Positions 9,285 to 19,393 of a DNA stretch of 64,000 nucleotides are shown piece after piece. Origin of the DNA: Treponemataceae bacterium (GTDB lineage Bacteria > Spirochaetota > Spirochaetia > Treponematales > Rectinemataceae). Below the pieces are notes generated by a model that saw only the letters and a list, made by a program, of their open reading frames with translations, was not told where the DNA came from and searched no databases. Each line of letters starts with the position of its first letter. Positions within the stretch are counted from its first letter, which is position 1. The position numbers and the translations under genes are program-made. Location of the stretch: the NCBI GenBank assembly GCA_963667725.2, contig CAXXHO010000005.1, positions 256,001 through 320,000 on the forward strand, read 5' to 3'.

Positions 9285-10043
9285 GTGATCGAACTGACCG
9301 GTATTTCGAAGACCTACGCGAAGAGCGAAAACAAGGCCGTGGATTCCCTGTCGCTGATCATTCCCGACGGCAGGATTTTCGGCTTTCTCGGGCCGAACGG
9401 CGCGGGCAAGACAACCACGATACGCATCCTCTGCGGGGCGCTCGAGCCCGACGGCGGCGACATCCTCATAGACGGCGTTTCCATGAAAAATAACCCTCTG
9501 GAAGCGAAACGCCACATCGGTCTCGTCCATGACAATCCCGAACTTTTCAACAGGCTCAAGGCTTACGAATATCTCGATTTCGTGGCCGACGTCTTCGGCG
9601 TGACGACGGATGTCCGCAGGGCGAGCATAGCGGAATACGCGAAGCGCTTCAGCCTCGCCGACGCGCTCGCGTCGCCCATCGGAAGCCTGAGCAGGGGCAT
9701 GAAGCAGAAGCTGGGTGTTCTCGCGAGCCTCCTGCACGACCCCCAGAACTGGGTGCTGGACGAGCCCATGGTGGGCCTCGACCCGCAGGCGGCCTTCGAA
9801 CTCAAGGAAATCATGAGGGAACGCACGAAAGCCGGCAAATGTGTCTTCTTTTCCACACACGTCATGGAGGTGGCGGAAAAAGTCTGCGACGAGCTGGCGA
9901 TCATCAACAAGGGCAGGATAATCTTCAGAGGCACCATGGCGGAGTTGAGGAGCCGGAGAACATCGGCCAACGAAACCGGGGACAGCCTGGAGAGTCTTTT
10001 CCTCCAGCTCGTCGATTCGTCGAACGGAGACGCGGCTCTATGA
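9285..10043 (+). CDS. ABC-2 type exporter ATP-binding protein
   Basis: GPNGAGKTT, LSRGMKQK, LDEP, STH; AAGGAG RBS before GTG 9285. Confidence 0.92.
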   Translation: MIELTGISKTYAKSENKAVDSLSLIIPDGRIFGFLGPNGAGKTTTIRILCGALEPDGGDILIDGVSMKNNPLEAKRHIGLVHDNPELFNRLKAYEYLDFVADVFGVTTDVRRASIAEYAKRFSLADALASPIGSLSRGMKQKLGVLASLLHDPQNWVLDEPMVGLDPQAAFELKEIMRERTKAGKCVFFSTHVMEVAEKVCDELAIINKGRIIFRGTMAELRSRRTSANETGDSLESLFLQLVDSSNGDAAL

Positions 10044-11722
10044 GGTCACGCATCGTCAGCCTCGCCATCCTCTATATCAAAAGCACCTTCAGCCTGTCCC
10101 TCCCTTCGTGGAAGGAGCTGAAAAAGCCGAAGAAGCTCGCCAAGACCATAGGAATCGGCTTAGGCATTGTCCTCATTCTCGCCGATGTCGGTTTCATGTT
10201 CGTCATGATGAACATGACGATGTACGAGGGGCTCAAGCCCGCCGGCATGCAGGGATTGATGCTCCTCAACGCCTCCATCACGGCTTCGGTGCTCGTCTTC
10301 ATCATGGCTTTCATGATGGCGCTCTCCATGTTCTCGCAGTCGGGCATCGAATCGGGCTTCCTCGTTCTGCCCTTCTCTTCCAGGGAGCTACTCGCGGCGA
10401 AGATGTTCCTCGTCTATTTCGCGGAAGCCTTGATGGGCGTTTTCGTCATGGCCATCGCGATCGTCATCTACGGTATAAAGGAGGCCCCGCCCTTCATGTT
10501 CTACGTGAACGGGCTCGTGACGGCCTTCGCCCTGCCCCTCCTGCCGACCGCCATTTCCTATCTTATCCTCGTGCCCTTGATGAACGCTTCCAGACTGTTC
10601 AGGAGCAAGAACTTCATCATCTACCTGGGCGGCTTCCTCGGCATGGGTTTCGCCCTCGCCTTCAATTTTTACATACAATCGGCCATGACCAAGATCGGCG
10701 CTCCGGCCAGCCTGGCGCTCTACGTCGATTCCGGTTCCCTGATCTCGCGGCTGGGACAGGCATGGATTCCTTCGTGGCTGGCATGGAAGGCGCTGTCGGA
10801 AGCTTCCAGCATCACGGGCATTCTCGCCGTCCTGGGTAATCTGGCCATCGGCCTCGCCGGCTGCGCCGTCGTCGTCGTCCTGCTTGGCAATGGTTACGTG
10901 CGGAGCCTCCGATCCTTCAACGAATCGACGTTTTCAAAGAAGAAGCTTTCCCTGGACGGAAAAGGACGGGAGGGACGTCGGACATTCACGCAAAAATCCC
11001 TGATGCGCAGCCTCGTGGCCAGGGAAATCCGGCTCATAAACCGCGAGCCCATGTACCTTCTGAATGGACCCTTTGTCATGATCCTCATGCCGGCCCTTAT
11101 GGCCGTCGTCTACCTGGCGCAGCGCGAAATCCTGTCCGAAGCCGTGAAGAGCCTGGGCCCCATGCTGACAGGTCCCGGCGCCTATCTCATCCCGGCGGCC
11201 TTCGGCGGTTTTCTGGGCTCATCCTCCAGCATCACCAGCACCGCCGTCTCGAGGGACGCGAAGGCCCTACCCTGGATAAAGTCCATGCCCATAAAGTCGA
11301 CATGGTATTTCGCGGCGAAACTGCTCCACGCGGAGCTGTTTGCCCTTCTCGGAGCCTTCATTGGCTGCGGCGCCGGGGCTCTGCTGTTCGGAATCGGCGC
11401 GCTGGACAGCCTCATCGCCCTGCTTCTGGCCCTCCTGTTCTCCACAGCCCTCAACATGGCCGGCCTCTGGCTCGATGTGACTTGGCCGCGCCTCCGCTGG
11501 GATAACCCCTTGGCCGCCATGAAACAGAATCCCAATTCAAGCATAGCCATACTGGCGACGATGGGCCTGATCGGAGGATTGTCCGGCCTGAGCGCCGTGA
11601 TTGCCTTGCCGCGCTATGCCTACGCGATGATCTTCGGCGCGGTCTTCGCGATCCTGATACTCGTATGGGTAAAATTCTTTCCGAAATACGCCGCCAAGCG
11701 CTATAAGGACATGGAGGCCTGA
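10040..11722 (+). CDS. ABC-2 type exporter permease (duplicated, many TM)
   Basis: Highly hydrophobic; LVLPFSSRELLAAK and SRDAKALPWIKSMPI; ATGA coupling to the ATPase. Confidence 0.85.
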   Translation: MRSRIVSLAILYIKSTFSLSLPSWKELKKPKKLAKTIGIGLGIVLILADVGFMFVMMNMTMYEGLKPAGMQGLMLLNASITASVLVFIMAFMMALSMFSQSGIESGFLVLPFSSRELLAAKMFLVYFAEALMGVFVMAIAIVIYGIKEAPPFMFYVNGLVTAFALPLLPTAISYLILVPLMNASRLFRSKNFIIYLGGFLGMGFALAFNFYIQSAMTKIGAPASLALYVDSGSLISRLGQAWIPSWLAWKALSEASSITGILAVLGNLAIGLAGCAVVVVLLGNGYVRSLRSFNESTFSKKKLSLDGKGREGRRTFTQKSLMRSLVAREIRLINREPMYLLNGPFVMILMPALMAVVYLAQREILSEAVKSLGPMLTGPGAYLIPAAFGGFLGSSSSITSTAVSRDAKALPWIKSMPIKSTWYFAAKLLHAELFALLGAFIGCGAGALLFGIGALDSLIALLLALLFSTALNMAGLWLDVTWPRLRWDNPLAAMKQNPNSSIAILATMGLIGGLSGLSAVIALPRYAYAMIFGAVFAILILVWVKFFPKYAAKRYKDMEA

Positions 11723-11761
11723 GGGTTTGAAGCGGGGCGACCTCGGGCAGTCCCAGGGTGC

Positions 11762-12232
11762 TCAATCCTGGGGAATTCGGTATTCGACCCAGCGGACCCT
11801 GCCGGCCACGATGGCGTCCCTGATGCTTTTTTCGGTACGCGAGAGACCAGATCCTCCGGATTTCACTTCCACGAAGATTATTTCGCTGACCTCGCCGCCG
11901 GAGGCCGCGCCTGCTGCCTCGCCTCCGGCACCGCCTCCGGCGCCGCTGAAGCAGACAAAATCGACGGGCTTGCCGATGAATCGGGCGTCGCCGGGATCGC
12001 AGGGAAAATCGGGCAGGTAGGGAGCGAGCTGTTCGGCCACCTGGCCACCCACCACGGCTCTCGAACGCTTGACCGCGTCTTCGCGTTCAGCTTCCAGCCG
12101 CCCCGAAAGATCCCGTTCGGATTCCAGGCGGCCGTTGCGCCGCCCCAGGGACAGGCCGAGAAAAAGTCCCAGCGCGAAAAGGACGAAGAGGCCGAGAAAT
12201 ATCGCCAGCATCGAAAGATCGGTTGGATTCAT
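11762..12232 (-). CDS. Holliday junction resolvase-like PD-(D/E)xK endonuclease (Endonuc_Holl-like) with N-terminal TM
   Basis: GQVAEQLAPYLPDF...RFIGKPVDF...IIFVEVKSG. Confidence 0.82.
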   Translation of the reverse strand: MNPTDLSMLAIFLGLFVLFALGLFLGLSLGRRNGRLESERDLSGRLEAEREDAVKRSRAVVGGQVAEQLAPYLPDFPCDPGDARFIGKPVDFVCFSGAGGGAGGEAAGAASGGEVSEIIFVEVKSGGSGLSRTEKSIRDAIVAGRVRWVEYRIPQD

Positions 12233-12317
12233 CGTGATGAAAGCATACTTCGTCTGGGCTTTCGGTAAAAGGCTTCGTCGGAGGTAAAAGTGCCTCGCCG
12301 GAAAAGAAGCGAATAAT

Positions 12318-12347
12318 AAAAAACCCGCGGCGAAGGCCGCGGGTTTT
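12318..12347 (-). terminator. Intrinsic terminator, probably bidirectional
   Basis: AAAACCCGCGGC-GAAG-GCCGCGGGTTTT with flanking A/T runs, downstream of the 12389-12760 gene. Confidence 0.85.
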
Positions 12348-12388
12348 CTCGTTTGAGGCGCTCGATACGGGCGCTTTCGCGGATGACG

Positions 12389-12760
12389 TTAGCTCGCAGA
12401 ACCCGAAGAAGCGAACTTGTCCTTGTATTCCTGCATCTTGGCGGTGAAATCGGTAAGAGCCTGATCGGTGAGGGTGCCCTTGATGGTCTCGGCCACGGCG
12501 TCGAGCTCGGAAGCGGTTTTCATCAATTCCTCACTCTTGGCGAGCTGGCTGGAATCGCCGCCGTTCATTTTAGCGGCCACTTCGGCGTACTGGGCGATGA
12601 CGCCGTCATAGGTGGAAATCCAGGTAGCGACGTCCTTGATATCGGCAGGAACAACCGCAGTCGCCACGGGCGTCGCTTCGGCAACTTTTGCCTGTTTGGG
12701 AGCGCAGGAAACCGCAAGAAGGGCGATCACAAGAATCGCAATAATGCTCTTCATCTTCAT
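12389..12760 (-). CDS. Small helical lipoprotein, hypothetical
   Basis: MKSIIAILVIALLAVSC lipoprotein signal; AGGAG RBS; own terminator. Confidence 0.8.
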   Translation of the reverse strand: MKMKSIIAILVIALLAVSCAPKQAKVAEATPVATAVVPADIKDVATWISTYDGVIAQYAEVAAKMNGGDSSQLAKSEELMKTASELDAVAETIKGTLTDQALTDFTAKMQEYKDKFASSGSAS

Positions 12761-12899
12761 AAAAATCTCCTATAGCGGAAGAATTGTGCGAAATATAGCA
12801 CCACTCCGTTATTCATGTCAACAAACAGCACCATATGCGAGATATTCTTGTACGATATTTGCGTTTACAGAACAGCCGAAACTTCGCTACAGTGTGGTT

Positions 12900-13772
12900 A
12901 TGCTGCAATTCGGACTGCGCGCGCATGATTTTGGCTGCTTCCCGGCGGAAATCCTGGCCGAAAGACTCCAGGCTTTCAAGCCGGTTTCCATTCAGCTCGC
13001 GCTTGCGAAGGCTTTCCCCGACACGCCGGCGGGATACGGGTTCCTCAGTCCAGGCTATGCCCGCAGGGTAAGGGAGGCTTTTACTCGCCGCGACATCGGC
13101 ATAGCCGTGCTCGGCTGCTATATAAACCCCGTGCATCCCGACGGCGATGAACTCGAGCGGCAGCTGCGGAGATTCGAGGAGCACCTGCGCTTCGCGGGAG
13201 ATTTCGGCTGCCCCGTCGTCGGCACTGAAACGGGTTCGCTCAACCCCGACCGCTCCTACCATCCGGAAACGCGGAGCCAGGCTACCTTCGACAGGCTCTG
13301 CGGTTCGGTCGAACGCCTCGTCCGCGTCGCCGAGGCCTGCGGATCCATCGTCGGCATCGAACCCGTCGCCGATCAGCATACGGTTTCCAGCATCGAGAAG
13401 ACACAAGCGCTCATCGCGAGAATAGACTCGCCCGCGCTGCGGATAATCTTCGATCCCGTAAATTTGATTCCGCGGGCAGGACTCGACGAAAGCCAGGCAA
13501 GCTTTTTCGCGCGCGCCTTCGAGGCTTTCGGGCCGCGCATCGCCGTCATCCACGCCAAGGATTTTCGATTCGAGGAAGGCCGAAAATCCGAAGCTGTGGC
13601 CGCCGGCGCCGGCGTCTTCGACTTTTCTTCTTTTTTCAGGATCCTTCAGGCGAAGAAACCCTTCATCGATGTCCTGCTGGAAAACACCTCACCCGCGACG
13701 GCCTCCGCCGCGCTGGAGTATGTGGCGGGCATCGCGTCGAGCGTTGCGCGAAACAGCCCTATTCGAGCATGA
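12900..13772 (+). CDS. Sugar phosphate isomerase/epimerase (xylose-isomerase-like TIM barrel)
   Basis: GLRAHDF, LGCYINP, VGTETG, GIEPV, IIFDPVN, HAKD. Confidence 0.85.
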   Translation: MLQFGLRAHDFGCFPAEILAERLQAFKPVSIQLALAKAFPDTPAGYGFLSPGYARRVREAFTRRDIGIAVLGCYINPVHPDGDELERQLRRFEEHLRFAGDFGCPVVGTETGSLNPDRSYHPETRSQATFDRLCGSVERLVRVAEACGSIVGIEPVADQHTVSSIEKTQALIARIDSPALRIIFDPVNLIPRAGLDESQASFFARAFEAFGPRIAVIHAKDFRFEEGRKSEAVAAGAGVFDFSSFFRILQAKKPFIDVLLENTSPATASAALEYVAGIASSVARNSPIRA

Positions 13773-14886
13773 CTTCCAGCCTCTTGAAAATGCCGGTGTT
13801 GTCGTAGTTTCCCTCGAAGATTTCCTGGCCGACGCCGAGAGCGAAGACTCTGACGTCCTGCCCGGTATGACTGCCCGTCGTCCATGAGAATCGGGTATAG
13901 TCGAAACCCTCGCCATCGGCGATCGTCAGGCCGCCCGTCTCGTGGTCACTCGTCACGACGATGAGCGTTTCATCCGGGTGTTCGCCGTAGAACGCGAACG
14001 CCTCGGCGATCGCCTCGTCCAAGGCCATCACTTCGGGTATCATCCGCATGATGTCGCCAGCATGGCTCGCTGAATCGATCTTCGCGCTCTCCGCCATTAT
14101 GAAGAATCCCCCATCTCCGTCGAGAAGATCTATGGCCGCGCGCGTGAATTCGGCGAGAGTCGGATCGCTCGCGTTATTTTCGATCAGGTAGGGAAGCGAG
14201 GTGGATGAGCTGACCGCTAGCGCCGGGACATCGGAGGGCGTGAGCGCCAGGATTTCGGCCTTGGTATCGGCTATGGTGAATCCATTGTTTTGGGCGATTT
14301 CAAAGACGCTCGTCTGAGCGTCGCTCGCCCCCAGGGGATCGCTGAGATTTCCGCCTCCGAAGAAATCGAAGGCGCCGTTGGCCAGCTGGAGCGCTATGTC
14401 GTAGTTGTCATTGCGGGAAGGCGCCGACGCGTAGAAGGCGGCGGGCGTGGCGCTGTCCAGCGAGCCGCTGGAGACAATGCCCACCTTCCTACCCTTCGCT
14501 TTCATCAGTTCGGTGATGGGCGTAAAGCTCTTCGTTGTGCATGGGTTCATGTTGATGACGCCGTTGGAGGTCTTTTTACCCGAGGCTATGGCCGTGGCCG
14601 AGGCCGCCGAGTCCGTCAGTCCCCCCCAATAATTATGGGTGCGGGCCATTCCGGTCGCCGGGAAATCGTCGAATCGCAGCGGCACATATCCCTCGCCGAT
14701 GGCTTCGGTCGAGTCGGCGTACTGTCTGGCGGCTTCGATGTGATTGGCCCCCATTCCATCGCCTATGAAGAGGAAAATGTACTTTGGGACAGCCTCCGGA
14801 AGCGAAAAAACGTCCAGACTGCACGAGACGAGAAGAAAAAGCGAAGCGGACAGCAGAAGCCAGGGCTTTCTCGCGGTTTTTTTCAC
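13759..14886 (-). CDS. Alkaline phosphatase (lipoprotein)
   Basis: FIGDGMG, TDSAASATA, ATPAAF, IDSASH, TSDHETGG, SHT; LVSC lipobox. Confidence 0.9.
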   Translation of the reverse strand: MKKTARKPWLLLSASLFLLVSCSLDVFSLPEAVPKYIFLFIGDGMGANHIEAARQYADSTEAIGEGYVPLRFDDFPATGMARTHNYWGGLTDSAASATAIASGKKTSNGVINMNPCTTKSFTPITELMKAKGRKVGIVSSGSLDSATPAAFYASAPSRNDNYDIALQLANGAFDFFGGGNLSDPLGASDAQTSVFEIAQNNGFTIADTKAEILALTPSDVPALAVSSSTSLPYLIENNASDPTLAEFTRAAIDLLDGDGGFFIMAESAKIDSASHAGDIMRMIPEVMALDEAIAEAFAFYGEHPDETLIVVTSDHETGGLTIADGEGFDYTRFSWTTGSHTGQDVRVFALGVGQEIFEGNYDNTGIFKRLEVMLE

Positions 14887-14960
14887 GGCAATTCCTTTGG
14901 TCGCATCGAATTCGCGCTCCCCTTAGCAAGTATAGCTGAATTGCTTTATGATAACCACAT

Positions 14961-16868
14961 ATGTCATTTATTCCTGCGTGCCTTTCCGACCTCGAAAGTG
15001 CCGGCCTTAAGCCGGGCGAACTCGACGCCATCATCGTCACGGGCGACGCCTATGTCGACCATTCCTCCTTCGGGGCGGCTATCATCGGCCGAGCGCTCGA
15101 GTCCGAAGGCTATAAAGTCGCCATACTGGCACGTCCCGACCCCGACGATGTCGAGGCTTTCAGGCTTTTCGGCCGGCCGCGGCTCGCTTTTCTCGTCACG
15201 GCGGGGGCCGTCGATTCGATGGTTTCGTCCTACACGGCCAACAAGAAACCGCGTTCGGAGGATGAATACGCGCCGGGCGGCGACAAGGCACTGTGCATGC
15301 GAGCGGACGGAAGCATCGGCGCCGGGATCCGCGCCAGGCCGAACGCCAGGCCGGACCGCGCGGCTATCGTCTATTCGGCGATGTGCAGACAGGCGTACAA
15401 GGGCATTCCCCTCGTCATCGGCGGCATAGAAGCCAGCCTGAGACGTCTTTCCCACTACGACTACTGGTCGGATACCGTCCGCAAATCGATACTCCTGGAC
15501 TCCAAAGCCGACGTTCTCGTCTACGGGATGGGCGAGCGGCAGATCGCGGAAATCATGGAGCGCTTGCGCCTGGTCGCGGGCGCCGCGGCTTCCAGTGCGG
15601 CGCCGAAGCCCGACCTTTCCGGTATCCGAGGCACGGTCTGGGCGAAGCACGTCGGCGCGATATCTCCAGAAGCCCTGGCCGCGGAATTCCCCGGCGCGTC
15701 CATACTTCCCGGCTTCGACTCCCTATCCGGTGCCAGCCCAGAAGCCAAACTGAACTACGAGGCATCCTTCGCTATCCAGTACAGAAATACCGATCCATAT
15801 TCTGCCCACCGACTCGTCGAACCCTACGGCGACAGGGTCGTCGTGCAGGAGCCGCCGGCCTTTCCCCTCGACAGGAAGGAGCTAGACGCCGTCTATGCCC
15901 TCCCCTACGAGAGGGAAGCGCATCCGATGTACGAAGCCCACGGCGGCGTGCCCGCCCTCGCCGAAGTAAAATTTTCCCTCCTTTCGGCGCGCGGCTGTTT
16001 CGGCGCCTGCTCCTTCTGCGCCCTCACCTTCCATCAAGGACGCCAGGTCAACTCGCGAAGCATAGAGGCCATCGTTGAAGAAGCGCGCATCCTCACGACG
16101 ATGGGCGATTTCAAGGGATACATCCACGACGTGGGCGGCCCCACCGCCAATTTCAGGCGTTCCGCCTGCGGCAAAATGGAAAAACACGGAGCCTGCCTGG
16201 ACAGGCGCTGCCTTTCGCCGGAGCCCTGCGCCAACCTCGAGCCCGACCATAGGGAATATGTCAAGCTCCTTCGCGCTCTGCGCGCGCTGCCCGGGGTGAA
16301 GAAAGTCTTTGTCAGGTCGGGAGTGCGTTTCGATTACGCCATGGCGGACAAAAGCGACGAATTCCTGAAGGAACTCGTGAGCCACCACATATCGGGCCAG
16401 CTCAAGGTCGCGCCGGAACACGTTTCCGACAAGGTGCTCGCCCTCATGGGCAAACCGCCCCGCCGCGTCTACGACGCCTTCGCCGCCCGCTACGCCGACC
16501 TGAACCGCGAAAATGGCCTCAAGCAGTACCTAATCCCTTACTTCATCTCGGCCCACCCGGGATCGGGCCTGCCCGAGGCGATCGAACTCGCCGAATATCT
16601 GCGCGATACGGGCTTCGTGCCCGACCAGGCTCAGGATTTCTATCCCACGCCGGGAACCCTCGCCACAGCCATGTACTGGTGCGGGACCAATCCCCTCGAC
16701 GGCCAGCCTGTCTACGTGGCGAGGGGAGCCCATGAGCGAGCCCTGCAGCGCGCCTTGCTCCAATACAATGCGCCCGCCAACGCCGATCTCGTGCGCGAGG
16801 CTCTGACCGTCGCCGGCAGGGCGGACTTGATCGGTACGAGCCCTCGCTGTCTCGTGAAAAAGCGATAG
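14961..16868 (+). CDS. ygiQ: YgiQ-family radical SAM protein
   Basis: VTGDAYVDH, GGIEASLRR, RGCFGACSFC, DVGGPTAN, LKVAPEH, YFISAHPG. Confidence 0.92.
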   Translation: MSFIPACLSDLESAGLKPGELDAIIVTGDAYVDHSSFGAAIIGRALESEGYKVAILARPDPDDVEAFRLFGRPRLAFLVTAGAVDSMVSSYTANKKPRSEDEYAPGGDKALCMRADGSIGAGIRARPNARPDRAAIVYSAMCRQAYKGIPLVIGGIEASLRRLSHYDYWSDTVRKSILLDSKADVLVYGMGERQIAEIMERLRLVAGAAASSAAPKPDLSGIRGTVWAKHVGAISPEALAAEFPGASILPGFDSLSGASPEAKLNYEASFAIQYRNTDPYSAHRLVEPYGDRVVVQEPPAFPLDRKELDAVYALPYEREAHPMYEAHGGVPALAEVKFSLLSARGCFGACSFCALTFHQGRQVNSRSIEAIVEEARILTTMGDFKGYIHDVGGPTANFRRSACGKMEKHGACLDRRCLSPEPCANLEPDHREYVKLLRALRALPGVKKVFVRSGVRFDYAMADKSDEFLKELVSHHISGQLKVAPEHVSDKVLALMGKPPRRVYDAFAARYADLNRENGLKQYLIPYFISAHPGSGLPEAIELAEYLRDTGFVPDQAQDFYPTPGTLATAMYWCGTNPLDGQPVYVARGAHERALQRALLQYNAPANADLVREALTVAGRADLIGTSPRCLVKKR

Positions 16869-16896
16869 CCTTTCGCAATTCACCTCTTGCGCCTTT

Positions 16897-16945
16897 TTGA
16901 TAGAAAGCATACACTATCAATGACTATTTGATCTATTTAAGTCAT
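16897..16945. promoter_or_regulatory. Two adjacent inverted repeats, candidate TetR operators
   Basis: TTGATAG-N10-CTATCAA (16897-16920) and ATGACT-N14-AGTCAT (16920-16945) just before the TetR start. Confidence 0.6.
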
Positions 16946-16954
16946 AGAGGTTAT

Positions 16955-17605
16955 ATGCCAAAGGCCTTCAGCCCTCAGGAACGTGAAAGAATAGAGTCCA
17001 GACTCATCGCGGTCGGGAAACGCCTCATCAACAGGTCGGGGATACGATTCCTCGTCGTGGACGACGTCGCGCGGGAAGCGGGCATCTCTAAGGGAAGCTT
17101 CTATTCCTTCCACCCCTCCCGCGAGGAATTCATCCTCGCCGTATTCGAATCCTGGGAAAAGGAACATCGCGGCGCCCTCATCCGCGAGGTGGTGGAGGGC
17201 GAAGGCAGCTTCCACGAAAGGCTGGAGCGCTTCTTCATCGGAGCCTTCCGGATTCTGGAAAAGGAGCCGGGCCTGGCGACCCTCGGCGTGAAGGACATTC
17301 AGATGATCATGGAGCGCCTCCCGCCCGAACGGATCGAAGCCCACAAGGCGGCGGACGACAGGGCACTCGCTGAGGCTTTCGGAGGCAAGGAGGGCATGGA
17401 GCTTTTCCCGCCGACCCTCCTCATGGCTTTGCAGGGCCTGGCTCCCGCCCTCTTCGCGATAGCCCTCCACAGGGAGGACTTCCCTCCGGAGAGCTACCAG
17501 GCGACGGTGAGGCTTCTTTCGGAGGCTCTGGCAGCGCGGATCGCGGCCGATGTCGAAGGATTCGCCGCTACCGCGGCCCCCGCCGGAAAAGGAGAACCAT
17601 CATGA
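16955..17605 (+). CDS. TetR/AcrR family transcriptional regulator
   Basis: VDDVAREAGISKGSFYSFHPSREE HTH; GAGG RBS. Confidence 0.9.
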   Translation: MPKAFSPQERERIESRLIAVGKRLINRSGIRFLVVDDVAREAGISKGSFYSFHPSREEFILAVFESWEKEHRGALIREVVEGEGSFHERLERFFIGAFRILEKEPGLATLGVKDIQMIMERLPPERIEAHKAADDRALAEAFGGKEGMELFPPTLLMALQGLAPALFAIALHREDFPPESYQATVRLLSEALAARIAADVEGFAATAAPAGKGEPS

Positions 17606-18519
17606 CAGGATCCCTCGCGATCCGCGCTCGCGGCCTTTCGAAGAATTTCGGCGAGGTGCGGGCGGTGGCGGGCATCGACCTCGAAGTGCGCCGCGGCGAG
17701 ATCTACGGCTTCCTCGGCAGGAACGGCGCCGGCAAGACGACCACCATCCGCATGCTCCTCGGTCTCGTGCGCCCCAGCTCGGGCGAAGTGTCGATCCTGG
17801 GCTCATCCCTCAAGGAAAACCGCGAAGGCATCCTCTCGCGCGTCGGCTACTTCGTTGAATCCCCGGCCGCCTATACCAACCTCACGGTCAGGGAAAACCT
17901 GGACATCCAGCGCCGCCTGACCGACGCCCCTCCCGGCGCGGCCGATGAGGTGATCGAACTTCTCAAGCTTGGGGAATACTCAGGCAGGCGCGCCGGCCGC
18001 CTTTCCCTGGGCAACAAGCAGCGGCTCTCCCTCGCCCGCGCCCTCATCCACTCACCGGAACTGCTCATCCTCGACGAGCCCGCCAACGGCCTCGACCCGG
18101 CGGGCATCATCGAGATCAGATCCCTCCTGCGCCGCCTCGCCGCGGAACAGGGCGTGACCATCTTCATGTCGAGCCATCTTCTGGACGAGGTCGCCCAGCT
18201 GGCCGACAGGGTCGGGATCATCCACGAGGGAAAGTTGATCGAAGAAATCGACTATCGCGAGCTGCGCGAGCTGGGAAGGACCTCCATCGTCATCGTGGCG
18301 GATGACGTGGACAGGGCCGAAAAGATCCTGAGGGAAGGCTTAGGTTACGTCGAAGTGTCGCGCCCGGACGCGAAGACCCTGCGCGTGTCGGACCGGGGCG
18401 CGGAGCCTGCGGCCATCGCCAGGGCCCTCGTCGGGGCAGGCATAGGCCTCGAGCGGCTAGCCGCGGAGGAAGAGGATTTAGAGCGTCACTTCATGCGCCT
18501 GACAGGAGGTACGGTATGA
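17602..18519 (+). CDS. ABC exporter ATP-binding protein (BcrA/LanF-like)
   Basis: GRNGAGKTT, LSLGNKQRL, LDEPANGLDP, SSHLL. Confidence 0.92.
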   Translation: MTGSLAIRARGLSKNFGEVRAVAGIDLEVRRGEIYGFLGRNGAGKTTTIRMLLGLVRPSSGEVSILGSSLKENREGILSRVGYFVESPAAYTNLTVRENLDIQRRLTDAPPGAADEVIELLKLGEYSGRRAGRLSLGNKQRLSLARALIHSPELLILDEPANGLDPAGIIEIRSLLRRLAAEQGVTIFMSSHLLDEVAQLADRVGIIHEGKLIEEIDYRELRELGRTSIVIVADDVDRAEKILREGLGYVEVSRPDAKTLRVSDRGAEPAAIARALVGAGIGLERLAAEEEDLERHFMRLTGGTV

Positions 18520-19304
18520 GATTCGCGGCCGTCGTATACACGGAATTCCTGAAACTCCGCAGGAGCAAGGCTCCCTGGATCACCCTCGGCGTCTACACCT
18601 TCATGGTGGGAATCGCCGGATTCTTCATGTGGCTCATGAAGAATCCGGAACTGGCCGAGAGCCTCGGCGTCTTCGGCAAGAAGGCTCAGTTCGCCTTCGG
18701 CGGCGAACCCATCGACTGGGCCACCTTTCTGGGCTTCATCGCGCAGATGGGCGGAATCGGCGGACTGATCATGTCATCCGTCATCGTGACCTATGTCTTC
18801 GGCAGGGAATATGCCGAGGGCACAGCGAAGAACCTCCTAGCCCTGCCGGTGGCGCGCCGCAATTTCGTCTTCGCCAAGATCCTCGTCTCCGCCGCCTGGT
18901 TCGGCTGCCTTACGCTCTATATGCTCCCTGGAACCTTCATCGTCGGGAGCCTGGTAGGCATCGGGACTCTGCAGGTTTCCCTGTTTTCAGCCGCAGCGGG
19001 CCGCCTTCTCGCCCTGGCTCTTATGTCCCTTTGCTGCTCCTTCCTCACGGCCTGGGTCGCGGTGGAAACAAGGGGATACTTCGCGCCCCTGGGTTATTCC
19101 ATTTTCACCCTTCTGCTCGCCGTGATTTTCGCCGCCACGGGCTGGGGGCCCTGGGTGCCCTGGTCGATCGTGGGCATCTACAGCGGCGCGGCGGGCCCCG
19201 AAGCCACCCTCGGAAGAGGCAGCTTCCTCGTCATCGCGGCGACGGCCGCGGCGGGCATCCTGCTCACCCTCCGCCACGAGGTGGTCGCCGACAACCTGCA
19301 GTGA
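18516..19304 (+). CDS. ABC-2 permease (BcrB/LanE-like)
   Basis: EFLKLRRS, VFGREYAEGTAKNLLALPV, about six TM. Confidence 0.85.
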   Translation: MRFAAVVYTEFLKLRRSKAPWITLGVYTFMVGIAGFFMWLMKNPELAESLGVFGKKAQFAFGGEPIDWATFLGFIAQMGGIGGLIMSSVIVTYVFGREYAEGTAKNLLALPVARRNFVFAKILVSAAWFGCLTLYMLPGTFIVGSLVGIGTLQVSLFSAAAGRLLALALMSLCCSFLTAWVAVETRGYFAPLGYSIFTLLLAVIFAATGWGPWVPWSIVGIYSGAAGPEATLGRGSFLVIAATAAAGILLTLRHEVVADNLQ

Positions 19305-19338
19305 GTATGGCGCGCTTCAGGCTTTCCGTGTCGAGCCC

Positions 19339-19374
19339 TTGACAGAATTCTTCACTGTATATACTGTATATACA
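19339..19374 (+). promoter_or_regulatory. Promoter with a palindromic YtrA-type operator over the -10 region
   Basis: TTGACA at 19339; perfect palindrome TGTATATAC-T-GTATATACA at 19356-19374. Confidence 0.75.
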
Positions 19375-19393
19375 CAGTATGACTGGTAACGAC

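Noticed and set aside
11762..12232. Resolvase-like gene as a marker of a prophage or mobile element
   Set aside because: No integrase, transposase, att site or phage genes nearby
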